The position numbers were made by a program, and so were the translations under genes. The notes beneath the pieces were generated by a model. It worked only from the letters and a program-made list of their open reading frames with translations, was not told the DNA's origin and searched no databases. Below are positions 1 to 10,802 of a stretch of 64,000 nt of DNA, in pieces; the first letter of the stretch is position 1, and each line of letters opens with the position of its first letter. The stretch lies in NCBI RefSeq assembly GCF_009914755.1, contig NC_060929.1; one strand, written 5' to 3'. Source of the stretch: the human T2T-CHM13v2.0 reference genome, Homo sapiens.

Positions 1-414
1 TTTTCAATAGGAAACATCGTTCCATGACTCATTAGTGGAGTACTATAAACATTTACATTTCCAGACCACCCACTGCCCAGTGGTTTTCTTGGTCTCAGTA
101 CTCATGAAAATGGTCTGAAGGTTTGTTTTGGGTTCCTAAGCAGTAGACACACACACAACACTGCCTGTCAGTTATTTCTTGGAAACTAAATCAGCCCTTC
201 TGTTGCCATCCTATCATGCTTCAGGGGTGCCTGTGCTAGTTTTTAATTCTTTGTCCTAACACTTAAATGTTTGTTCAAACGCCCATATTAATACTTCCTC
301 TTAGTTTACAAAAGGATTTACTTTCTTACTGGTTGGGATGAAGCTGCCTGAGGTTGCCACCTGTTACTTTTCCTTCATTTATTGGACCATGTCATCCCAT
401 TACATGTCAGCCAT

Positions 415-565
415 GGAGGTTTTCAAACTGTGGTCCCTGGACATGTTAGAAATGCAAATTCTCAGGCCGAACCAGGACTGAATCGGAAGATCTGGGGTAG
501 GGTCCCTCCAGGACTGAATTGGAAGATCTGGGGTAGGGTCCCCCCAGGACTGAATCGGAAGATCT
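415..565 (+). mobile_element. MER5A-like hAT-Charlie MITE remnant with an internal 36-bp segment tandemly amplified (~2.6 copies, 472-565)
   Basis: 'tcaaactgtggtccctggac..gttagaaatgcaaattctcaggcc..ctgaatcggaa..tctggggtagggtccc' follows the recalled MER5A consensus; ccaggactgaat recurs at 472, 508, 544. Confidence 0.65.
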
Positions 566-581
566 AGGAGGGTCTGGTGCT

Positions 582-746
582 GTGCACCCCGACATTCCCT
601 CACTACCCCACTGCCTCTCCCTGCCCTGTGGTCACCACAGCAGCCGCCTCTGCAACCTTGACCATCAGCATGCAGGTCCCAGGGCTTGGGGGTCTCCTAA
701 CCCGTGCACCCCGACATCCCCCTCACTACCCCACCGCCTCTCCCTG
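582..746 (+). repeat. ~42-bp dispersed direct repeat (582-623 and 704-746)
   Basis: gtgcaccccgacat(t/c)ccctcactacccca(t/c)gcctctccctg occurs twice, 122 bp apart. Confidence 0.85.
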
Positions 747-1522
747 GCTCTGCCTCTGCGTGGCTCCTCTCCTGCTGCCGCCAGAAGGTTTTTGTAAAGC
801 CCGACTCAGGGCGTGCATGGCCTCTCCCTCTCCCACACGTGGGCTCCCTGTCCCCTCCAGCTCAGCAAACACACAGCGCATCCAGGAGCCACGTGGGACC
901 ACAGTGTCCCATGGCCGGTCCCCCAGGTCCCTTGGATGTCTCACCCTGGTGAGCCCCTCGCCCCGGCTCCCTCCAGGAAGCCCCCATCTCCCCATACAGA
1001 AGGGATCTCTTCCCTCCTGAGCCATCGGTGCCTGACCCTCCCTCTCCTCTGTCGCCCCATTTGTGGCAGGTCAGCCACACCCGTGAGCCCCGGAGCTCTG
1101 TGAAGGCCGTCACGGCTCCTTATGATGGCGCCCAAACAGTGCAGGTGGCCGGAAGCTGTTCCCTGATGAAAGAAAGGAAGAGGAAAGGAGGAGGGAGGGA
1201 AGAAGGCCTTTTCTTGTCCCAAGAGACTTCTGTAGGAATTTTTGGGTGATACTGAGCATGGTAGACCCAGGTCATCTTTCCATGAGAGGGGCCAGAGTAC
1301 AGCAGGCTCAGCCGCGGTCAGGGGCTCAGGGCGCCGGGGAAGCATTCGCGTGGGCTGCCCCCACGAGCCGCCTTTGCTACCAAGACCCACTCTTCCAGCC
1401 AAGCCTTGGGCCGGCCTTTCTTTCCCTTCGGACAAGGTCTTCAGTCCATGGAGAGGATGGCCCACCTCCTGCCCCTGCGTCAGTGTGTGGCCCCAGGGAG
1501 GAGCTGTGTGAACCTGGGAGGT

Positions 1523-2665
1523 GCTGGGGAGCGAGGGTGCTCCACCAAGGGAGGCAGGAGGCCAGAGACCAGCCCAGGCCAGGAGGAGCCTGGCCAGGAG
1601 TCCTACCAAAGCCACTGGACCCGGGCAGCCTCCAGTGACCCAGCCTTGGAGGGTCAGCACTGTCCCTAGGACAGATTCCACTTCGCACACAGGTCTCGCT
1701 GTCTGTGGGGGCGGCAGGCCCTGATGCCTGGGCACACGGACTGACGGCAACCCTCGGGGTGGGAGGCCCCAGATGGGACTTCCTGGCCTGCCCGGGGTGG
1801 CGGGGTTGTGGGAGAGGATGGCGCGTCTGTGCGCATGTGTGAGAGCATCAAGGATGGCATGTCTGTGAAGATGGCTTCTCCCAGCCGCGGCTGCCTTCCA
1901 TGTGTGGGCAGTGGTGGGGGAGCCATGACTGCATGGGACAGCCTTTTCCGTGTGGTTTTCCTGCCTGTGATCCCTTTCCTGGGCTGAGGAGCCTGGCTCT
2001 GGGGCTCAGGGTGTGGGGTTTGCTAGCACCGGCTCCTGCTGTAGACATCCTAGTGGCCCTGGCACAGGCATGTCCTCCAGCATGGTTCCTAGCCTCCCCC
2101 CCGTCACGGGACCCCTAGGCCCCTGAGGGTCGGTAGGAGTGAGGCAGGCAGTCACCAACTGTCCTTGGGTGAGCCTAGTGGCCAGGGGTGGACCCAGCAG
2201 GTGCAGGCCAGGCCACCCCCAGCAGGTGCAGGCCAGGCCACCCCCAGCAGCCGCCCGAGCCCGTGTCTTTCCCACCGCACAGCACAGCCGGGACATGGGG
2301 GTCAGGCCATTACTTGTGCTTCTAGTTCTTAAATCACCCACAACTCACCCCTAACCTGTGCCTGACTGTGGCGCCCACAGCCTGGGCTCCACATAAACAC
2401 AAGCCAGGAAGTCCCATCTGGAGCCTGCCACCCCGAAGGTTTCCAGCAGTCTGGGCTCCCCAGGCACCGGCCCTGCAGCCCCCACAGACAGGGAGACCTG
2501 TGTGTGAAGTGGAATCCATTTGAGGGACAGCGCTGACCCTCCAGGGCTGGGTCACTGGAGGCTCCAGTGGCTTTGGTGGGACTCCTGGCCAGGCTCCTCC
2601 TGGACTGGGCCTGGGCTGGTCTCCGGCCTCCTCCCTCCCTTGGTGCAGGACCCTTGCTCCCCAGC
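1523..2665. repeat. Diverged inverted repeat: ~265-bp arms (1523-1787 and 2403-2665), ~615-bp spacer
   Basis: The reverse complement of 2403-2665 aligns by eye to 1523-1787 (e.g. ccaggaggagcctggccaggagtcc, ccagatgggacttcctggc). Opposite-strand ORFs share 'RRSLARSPTKATG'. Confidence 0.9.
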
Positions 2666-2859
2666 TTCCCTGGGAAATCCGACGCCATCTGATCCCCGCA
2701 CGCATCCAGCACCCCTGACGCTGACGGAGTTGCCTTTCTGCGTGTATAGCTCCTAACAGGGCAGCACGGCCATTCTGAAACCTCGCACATCCTCACTGGG
2801 GTGGCTGAGGCTGGGCCACCGGGTGTTCACCTCCTGACCCTGGAACCGTGCACAGGACC

Positions 2860-3240
2860 TCTCTTCAGGTAGGAGGCAGGTCTTTGTGGCCGTGATTAAG
2901 TTAAAGATCTTGAGATAAGGAGGTCATTCTGGATTAACCCGTTGGCCCTAAACGCATGGCAAGAGGCAGAGGCAGGTTACACAGAGGCAGAGGGAGGTTA
3001 GACGCAGACAGAGTAGGAGGCCACCTGGAGACCGAGGCAGAGGCGCAGCAATGCAGCCGCGGCCCAGGGACGCCTGGAGCCACAGAAGCTGGCACAGGTG
3101 GGAGGGTCCTCCCCTGGAGCCTCTGGAGGGAGCACGGCCCGTGGACTCCTTGATTTCAGACCCCTCGCTGCTGAGCAGGGAGAGAATGAGCCCCTGTTGT
3201 TTCGAGCTGCCCAGGCTGTGGGGATCTGCCATGGCAGCTC
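2860..3240 (+). mobile_element. MLT1-family (ERVL-MaLR) LTR remnant
   Basis: gtgattaagttaaagatcttgagat..ctggatta, and ggagcacggcc..ccttgatttcagac..gagagaat..ctgttgttt, both typical of MLT1. Confidence 0.7.
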
Positions 3241-5507
3241 CAGGACCCTTGGACCCTCGGCTCGGAGCCCCTCCAGCACTGAGCAAGACGACCACTCAGG
3301 GCCACCCCTCCCCGCCCAGCTGGTGTGTGCCTCGCTGCTCACCCGAGCATGCTGCCTTCAGTTACAGATGCCTGCCTGGGATGTGTGGGATGGAGGCTGT
3401 GGCTTCCCTGGGGACGGGGTGCGTGGAGCCGGCCTGCAGCCGTGCTCCTGTTTAGGAGCTGAGTGAAGCTGGACCTGGGTTGGATGGGGCATTCTGTACA
3501 AGGGTCTCTTGGGGGTCCATGAGGACTCTGTTCTGACGATACTGCCCTCCTTCCTGAGGCTGCTGTGGGGCTCCATGGAGGCCATGGGGTGGTGAGGACG
3601 GAAGAACACCTAGGCTGGGCTCCTGGGACCCCAGCAGCAGCTGAAGGCACTTGGAGCACCACAATTTCCACCCACGGGCCAGGCAAGGCCAGAACCGTCC
3701 CCAAAGAAGGGAGCAAGGAGACAGGGCCTTGTAGTGATAATATAATAACCAAAAAGTTTTTTAAACATTGTTTCATTTTTTTCTGTCACTCAATCTTTTT
3801 AAAATTACGTCCTGTTTTTATTACTTGCACCCATCTAATTATTGCCATCTACACCAAACAAAAAAATCTATACACCAATGTTCACAAAGCACTTGAGATG
3901 CCTATGAAATGTAATAAGAACTAACTGAAGCTGCACAATATTCCCTTGTATGCATGTTATCACCACGCTGACGCTGGGTACTCAGGTTTTCTTTATTATA
4001 ATGAATTCTGCAATGAACATCTTTCTGTATAAATTTTTTTTGTGAGTACTTTGCATTATTTCCTAAAATAAATTAGAAGAAGGAATGATGAATCGGAGAA
4101 TGTAAACATTTGGGGCTTTTGAAACAGACAGTTTTTATAAATTAGAGTCTGTAGTTTTCATTCAGCGAGATTGTTGTGTCTCTGCACATTTTTCACGGTG
4201 AAGTCTCATCTGACGGCCCTTCCTCGTCCTCCGCAGAGCCGTGTGTGTATGTGTATAGGGCCCAGCGTGCTGACCGGGCGGTTCTTCAACACAGTGAGTG
4301 ACAGCAGGAGCCCCGAAGGTTCTCAGGTCTTCTGTCCATGGAGGGCATTTTGTGGCCTCTCCCAGGGCAGCTGGCAGGAGCCAGGTGAGAACAGATGCGT
4401 CTGTAGCAGGAGGGCGTTGATGCCTCTGAGGTTGTAGCGAGCTTGGTATTTACCTTTTCCTCCTGGTCCATTCTGAAGCTCCAAAGGACGGTCAATTTAA
4501 TACAGAGACACAATTACAGCAAGCGTCTAGTGTGAGGCCAATCACGCATTTTGGCTAGAACTACTCAGGGTGTTGGAAAATCACAAAGCTTTTCACGTAA
4601 ACTTGCAAATTGCTAGCAGTCTCTCTGCAAGACAAGAGATGCTGTCTGTTCCCTGACCCCCGACTCTATACCTCAGCTTGTTCTGCCCCTTTCTGATTGT
4701 TCTAAGCAACTGACATACTTACAGCGTTTGGAGCCACGTCATGGCCTTTTGAGGCCGGCGTGCTGTGATATTTTCCTACAGAGCACGGTCACTTCCAGAG
4801 GCGAGAGAGGCACAGAATTCTATTCTGAGAACCCCTGGGACGCACGCCGCGGTGGCTGTGAGTATGAAGGCAGATGCTGCGGAACAGCCTGGAAAGGATG
4901 TGGGGCCCACGGCCCCTGGCAGTGCCCGGAGCCGAGCAGCCCCTCCCCACCTTCCTGGAGGAGAAGGCCTGGGCCAGATGCCTGAGAATGACACACGCAG
5001 GCCCAGCTGTTCTTCAGAGATACAGAGCGACCCACCGTCTGCTTTGCTGGGACTGTCCAGTGTTGGCAGGGAAAGTCCTGCATCCGGCACGCAGGGGCGG
5101 TGGCTGCACCAGCTTAGAACCAGTCTCTGATTTTAGGGGTGAGAAAAGTAGAGGTGGGTGCTCTGCCTGAATGCTCACCAGCTCAGGGGGTGCGGCTGAG
5201 CAGTGGACATCAGTCAGACATCTCTGTGAAGTGTTAGCGGGAAAAGTATCATGGAACCATTAGCAGCCGCTTGAGGTTAGGCCCAAACCAGTGGGGCCCA
5301 CCGCATCCAAACACTTGGGGCCACCTGCCGTCATCAGGGGTGGCCCACCTTTCTTCTGAGCGGGGATTCTCTTCCTGCCTGGAGGGAGCAGTTTGGCTAC
5401 AAAGCTGCCTTTTAGAGCGAGACCCCGTCTCCCCTCCCTGCGTTCCCAGGACTTTGTGAAGAAGCGAAAGTGAGTGGCCCTTCCTTTCTCCTGGATCCCG
5501 GCTGTGG

Positions 5508-5573
5508 GGCTGCCCGCCGCCCTCCTCCTCCCACGCTAGGCTGCCCGCCGCCCTCCTCCTCCCACCCTAGGCT
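5508..5573 (+). repeat. 31-bp tandem duplication
   Basis: ggctgcccgccgccctcctcctcccac(g/c)cta x2. Confidence 0.85.
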
Positions 5574-6029
5574 ACCTGACCCGTGGAGACCGGCCTGAGA
5601 CAGACGCATCCCCGAACACCAGGTGCCCCGTCTTCTAGGCCATTCCAGGGACGGATGAATCAACATGGGCTTCTTATCCTAATGTTTTAATTTGGAACTC
5701 TGCTATTGATCTGATGTTTACAAAGGAACCCATGCGTGACATTAAACTGTCAAAAGAGAAGCATGCACCCTGCGAGAATTCCTGCCTGAGATACTGTCTT
5801 TTTGTGACTGTAAGTGCAGAGAGAGCCCACGCAAACCGCAGGACACCAGAGCCGCCGCCCTGCCCCTCCAAGCTGCTGGCACTCGGGCTCCCCCTCTCTG
5901 GAGGAGCCATCATTCTGGCCTCAGATTCTCCTTCCAAAACATTGCAAATAGAATGTCAGGCAAAGAAAGAAAGAGCCAGGCACACATGGAGAGATGGCAG
6001 CGCGAGTGTAAGTGGTGAGAAACCCAGCG

Positions 6030-6172
6030 AATGAAAACATCTACATAAGAATGCAGACACAGTGCCCTCAGAGGCCGGCTGCAGAAAGGACTGGAGACAC
6101 TGCAAATGAAAACGTCTACACGAGAATGCAGACACAGCGCCCTCAGATGGCTGCAGAAAGCGCCGGAGACAT
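6030..6172 (+). repeat. ~75-bp tandem duplication
   Basis: aatgaaaac(a/g)tctaca..agaatgcagacacag..ccctcaga..ggctgcagaaag..ggagaca at 6030 and 6105. Confidence 0.85.
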
Positions 6173-6589
6173 TGTCCATGAGAAGAAAAAGACAAGGTCA
6201 AGAACTTCAGTGGAGAAATAAAAATTACACGAAAAGGAAAGATTTGTATTTTTTTTTTCTGATTGTATTTTTCCTATTCTCCCTCCACTTTCTTTCTAGA
6301 ACTCCAACTTTTCTCATTGCATTCTCTGTTTTCTCATTGCAGTCTCTATCTCTGTGCCTATTTGTAAATGCAATACAAAAATGATTGCCTGGAAAAAATA
6401 CAAGCAACGTTTCAGAACTCAATAAGTGGGTTTAAAAATAGTTTAGATGTCATTGAAAAATAATGAATAACTGGAAAGTAGGTCAGAAGAAAATTCTCAG
6501 AATGAAGGATAGGAACATAAGGAGGAAAACAGAGAAGAGCAAGTGTGAGGGACTGAACCGCGTCCTCCCAGAATGCACATGTGGAAGCC

Positions 6590-6850
6590 TGGCTTAGTTC
6601 TGGCTGCCATAACAAAATGCCATAGACTGGGGGACTTAGAAACAACAATGCATTTCTCAGAGCTTTGAAGGCTGGGGAGTCTCAGATCAAGGTACCGGCA
6701 GATTCCGTGTGTGGTGAGGACGAGGACCGGCTTCCCTAGTGTGTCACTGCGTCCTCACATGGCGGACGGGGGAGGGGTGCTCTGGGGCCTCTTTTATGAG
6801 CAGCCGGGCATCTTAGCCACTCTCCTGTGGAGGGTTAGGTGTGGACAAAA
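6590..6850 (-). mobile_element. MLT1A/B/C-like LTR remnant
   Basis: ggctgccataacaaaatgccatagactgggggacttagaaacaac..ggctggggagtc..agatcaaggt. Confidence 0.7.
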
Positions 6851-7093
6851 AGTATTTGGCAAAAAGAGTTTGAAACCAGCAATGAGACCCTCCCCAGCTC
6901 TGCCCTTTCTACCTCCCACATGAGATGCTTTTCTTTTAGTAAAAGGGAGGGGCCTGGGCCAGCCTGGCCTGCTGCTGCTCCCACACCTCCAGGACTCCTC
7001 CACAGGCAGGGTGGGGCCGCCATCAGCTCTGCCCAGCAAACTGTGGGCACAAGGGCTGGGGGTCAGGCTGGGCTGAGGCAGCTCCTATGCCTG

Positions 7094-7231
7094 CTCTGTG
7101 ACCCAGAGACCGTAGCCCTGGGGGCTGTGGGAGGGCCACCCAGCCCGGGTTCAGCAGCGACACTCTGTGACCCAGAGACCATAGCCCTGGGGGCTGTGGG
7201 AGGGCCACCCAGCCCGGGTTCAGCAGCGACA
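7094..7231 (+). repeat. 69-bp tandem duplication (2 near-identical copies)
   Basis: ctctgtgacccagagacc(g/a)tagccctgggggctgtgggagggccacccagcccgggttcagcagcgaca at 7094 and 7163. Confidence 0.95.
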
Positions 7232-7472
7232 TGAGTGACACACAGACCCTTTGCTTTGAGCCAGTGGGAGGTGGGTGTTACTGCAGCGCAGTCCCGGCCT
7301 TGGTGATGCCACCAGCATGTGCGGCACTCACCTGCACTGCAGGACCACCCCCTCTGTAGGACCACCTGCCTCCTCGCCCCACACACGAGCCCTTGGGGGC
7401 ACCTCTTGGCCCTTGTGCCTGTGTGGAGCTTGATGCCTATTTGAATAAATTATTAGAAAAATTATTAGGTGA

Positions 7473-7767
7473 GGCCGGGCACAGTGGCTCACGCCTGTAA
7501 TCCCAGCACCTTGGGGGCCTGAGATGGGCAGATCACGAGGTCAGGAGATTGAGACTCATCCTGGCTAACATGGTGAAACCCCGTCTCTACTAAAAATACA
7601 AAAAAATTAGCCGGGCATGGTGGCAGGTGCCTGTAGTCCCAGCTACTCAGGAGACTGAGGCAGGAGAATGGCGTGAACCTGGGAGGCGGAGGTTGCAGTG
7701 AGCCGAGATTGCGCCACTGCACTCCAGCCTAGGCAACAGAGCAAGACTCCACCTCAAAAAAAAAAAA
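7473..7767 (+). mobile_element. Alu (AluY/Sc8-like) with TSD
   Basis: Full dimer with poly-A; flanks aaaaattattaggtga / aaaaattattagatga. Confidence 0.95.
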
Positions 7768-8749
7768 TTATTAGATGAAAGGAGCCAGACATGAAAGCAA
7801 CCACGTGTCCTGTGATGGTGTTCATATGAAATGCTGGGAATAAGCTGCTCTATGGAGGCAGAAAGCAGACTGGGGGCAGCCGGAGGCTGCGGAGAGAGGG
7901 AGCTGGGAGTGAATCCAGGGCTCCTTTTCAGGGTGATAGAAATGTTTTGCAATGAGATTCTAGTAATGCCAATATACTAACAACTACACCTCTTTCAGAT
8001 GCTGCAGGTGGACAGGTGACAGGTGGGGATGCAGTCCCTGCCCCTGACACTCCCATTGAGAGGGCACAACCCTCTGTGCTTTGGCTGGGGGCATCATGGC
8101 TGCAGATGCTCCTGCCCCGGCAGAGCTGTTTCTTCCCAGACTCCCATGTGGCCCTGAGTCACCGGGGATCAGAATGAGCATGAGAATGTGGATTCGCGGG
8201 GCCCAGGTAGGGTTTTTTCACAAGTGCCCGGGAGCAAGGCTGAAGCTGGTAGCTCAGAAACTGGAGCTGGCTGTCAGCATCAAAACACTGCTCAGTGACA
8301 GGGGCTGTATGGTCTGGGGCAGTCCAAGAAAATCATCCAAGAGTGGAGGAAAAACTGTTCTGAAGCCTTCCGGCCTCCAGTGAAATTCCTTGGATGGGAA
8401 ACCCTGGGGAGGGAGGGTCCCCATTCCCCCATCCCAAAGGGGCCCCTTTGGGCCACTCACCCCGACAAGGGACAGTTTCCCTGGGGACGTCCTCGGACCC
8501 GCCCTGGGTACTCAGATATTTAGAAGATGTTCTGATATTCAGTGATTTTCAGAGTACTGGTGTTAAAGTTACACATATATATGCAAAAATAAGAAAATAA
8601 ACGAATTCCTATTCCTCCATCTAGAGAATACTACCCGTTTTACCTTTTTTGGTGTTTCTAAATAAAATCTTCAAACGAGATCGTGCTGTTCCTGCTATGT
8701 AGTTACTTTTAATTCTCTCAGTGATGTCTTAGAGCACCTACCTTCCTGT

Positions 8750-9900
8750 TTAAACGAGCGCCTGACGCTGCGTTCACGGGCAGTTTTACAACGGGATGCC
8801 GCAAATGCATTTCAAGGCATAAAACAGAGCTCCACCGCACCCCGCAGGCAGGTGGATCTGATTTTCCTCTGCTGCAGAGTTTGCTGAAATCGAGCTCCCC
8901 CGCACCCCGCAGGCAGGTGGATCTGATTTTCCTCTGCTGCAGAGTTTGCTGAAAGCGAGCTCCCCCGCACCCCGCAGGCAGGTGGATCTGATTTTCCTCT
9001 CCTGCAGAGTTTGCTGAAACCGAGCTCCCCCGCACCCCGCAGGCAGGTGGATCTGATTTTCCTCTGCTGCAGAGTTTGCTGAAAGTGAGCTCCCCCGCAC
9101 CCCGCAGGCAGGTGGATCTGATTTTCCTCTGCTGCAGAGTTTGCTGAAAGCGAGCTCCCCCGCACCCCGCAGGCAGGTGGATCTGATTTTCCTCTGCTGC
9201 AGAGTTTGCTGAAAGCGAGCTCCCCCGCACCCCGCAGGCAGGTGGATCTGATTTTCCTCTGCTGCAGAGTTTGCTGGGGGCTAAGGGTGAGAACCGCGGG
9301 AACGAACTAACGCGCTGCAGTGTCGGGAAACACGGCCCACAGCGCCACCGTGTGGTCTCCGCGTCCCCAGTTCGGAGCCGCAGCTTACGCGCTGCTGGCC
9401 CTGAGCCTGTTCCCTTCCTGCAGTCCCCAGGAGCTGACGCTATTCGGTTTGTTTTTAAACACTCCAGCTGAGCAAGCGTCTTCTCAGGACGTCCTGCGTG
9501 CTGCCCACACTCTCTTGTGGATGGTCCCCCGGGTCCGGCGGAATCCCGCCTGGGAGGGCTTCCCCGAAGCCTTCCTCCATCCTGGGCAGTGGCGGGGCTT
9601 GCAGGAGGCCTCAGAGCTCTGTCGGGGCCGGACGGACCGCTGTCGTCGCCAGTGCAGGGACAGAAGGGAGGACCCCTTGGAGGGCGGTGGAGACCAGAGT
9701 CGTGAGCGGCCCTGTGGAAAGCTGGCGAAGGGGCAGACATCCAACTCGCCAGCAGGAAGCCGCGCCCAGCACGGTCATGCTCAGCCTCAGTGATCCTGGC
9801 GGGAAAGACCGAGACAGAAATTCTTCGCACACCCACCAGGCCGCCGGATCCAGCCGGCACCGGGGCTAGCGGACCCAGGGCCGTCTACACCTGGGCTTTC
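8750..9900. promoter_or_regulatory. CpG island (includes the 65-bp VNTR)
   Basis: Dense CpG in GC-rich non-Alu sequence (visual estimate). Confidence 0.7.
8827..9276 (+). repeat. 65-bp minisatellite, ~6.9 near-identical copies
   Basis: gagctcccccgcaccccgcaggcaggtggatctgattttcctctgctgcagagtttgctgaaagc starting at 8827, 8892, 8957, 9022, 9087, 9152, 9217. Confidence 0.97.
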
Positions 9901-9944
9901 CTTCCCAGCTTCCCCGCTCTCAAATTCAGTTGAAAGTGGGTTTG

Positions 9945-10800
9945 CATGAACAGACACTTCTCAAAAGAAGACATTTATGCAGCCAAAAAACACATGAAGA
10001 AATGCTCATCATCACTGGCCATCAGAGAAATGCAAATCAAAACCACTATGAGATATCATCTCACACCAGTTAGAATGGCAATCATTAAAAAGTCAGGAAA
10101 CAACAGGTGCTGGAGAGGATGTGGAGAAATAGGAACACTTTTACACTGTTGGTGGGACTGTAAACTAGTTCAACCATTGTGGAAGTCAGTGTGGCGATTC
10201 CTCAGGGATCTAGAACTAGAAATACCATTTGACCCAGCCATCCCATTACTGGGTATATACCCAAAGGACTATAAATCATGCTGCTATAAAGACACATGCA
10301 CACGTATGTTTACTGTGGCACTATTCACAATAGCAAAGACTTGGAACCAACCCAAATGTCCAACAATGATAGACTGGATTAAGAAAATGTGGCACATATA
10401 CACCATGGAATACTATACAGCCATAAAAAATGATGAGTTCATGTCCTTTGTAGGGACATGGATGAAATTGGAAACCATCATTCTCAGTAAACTATCGCAA
10501 GAACAAAAAACCAAACACCGCATATTCTCACTCATAGGTGGGAATTGAACAATGAGATCACATGGACACAGGAAGGGGAATATCACACTCTGGGGACTGT
10601 GGTGGGGTCGGGGGAGGGGGGAGGGATAGCATTGGGAGATATACCTAATGCTAGATGACACGTTGGTGGGTGCAGCGCACCAGCATGGCACATGTATACA
10701 TATGTAACTAACCTGCACAATGTGCACATGTACCCTAAAACTTAGAGTATAATAAAAAAAAAAAAAAAAAAGAAGTATAAAAAAAAAAAAAAAAAAAAAA
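9945..10800 (+). mobile_element. 5'-truncated L1HS, pre-Ta type (ORF2 C-terminus 9946-10548, 3'UTR, poly-A)
   Basis: Intact ORF2 C-terminus [10 protein letters not shown]...SLIGGN*; 3'UTR diagnostics ACG at 10660-10662 (gatgacACGtt) and G at 10745 (cttaGagtat). Confidence 0.92.
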
Positions 10801-10802
10801 GA

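Noticed and set aside
8850-8880. Donor-acceptor pair in each 65-bp unit (cag|gtgg..ttttcctctgctgcag)
   Set aside because: The implied 26-nt intron is below the spliceosomal minimum and the donor is weak
8827-9276. CRISPR-like arrays (also 28799-29171 and 54370-55017)
   Set aside because: Head-to-tail repeats with no unique spacers, no cas genes, human context
8718-9860. 380-aa minus-strand ORF
   Set aside because: Runs through a 65-bp VNTR (period not a multiple of 3) and a CpG island; no recognisable domain
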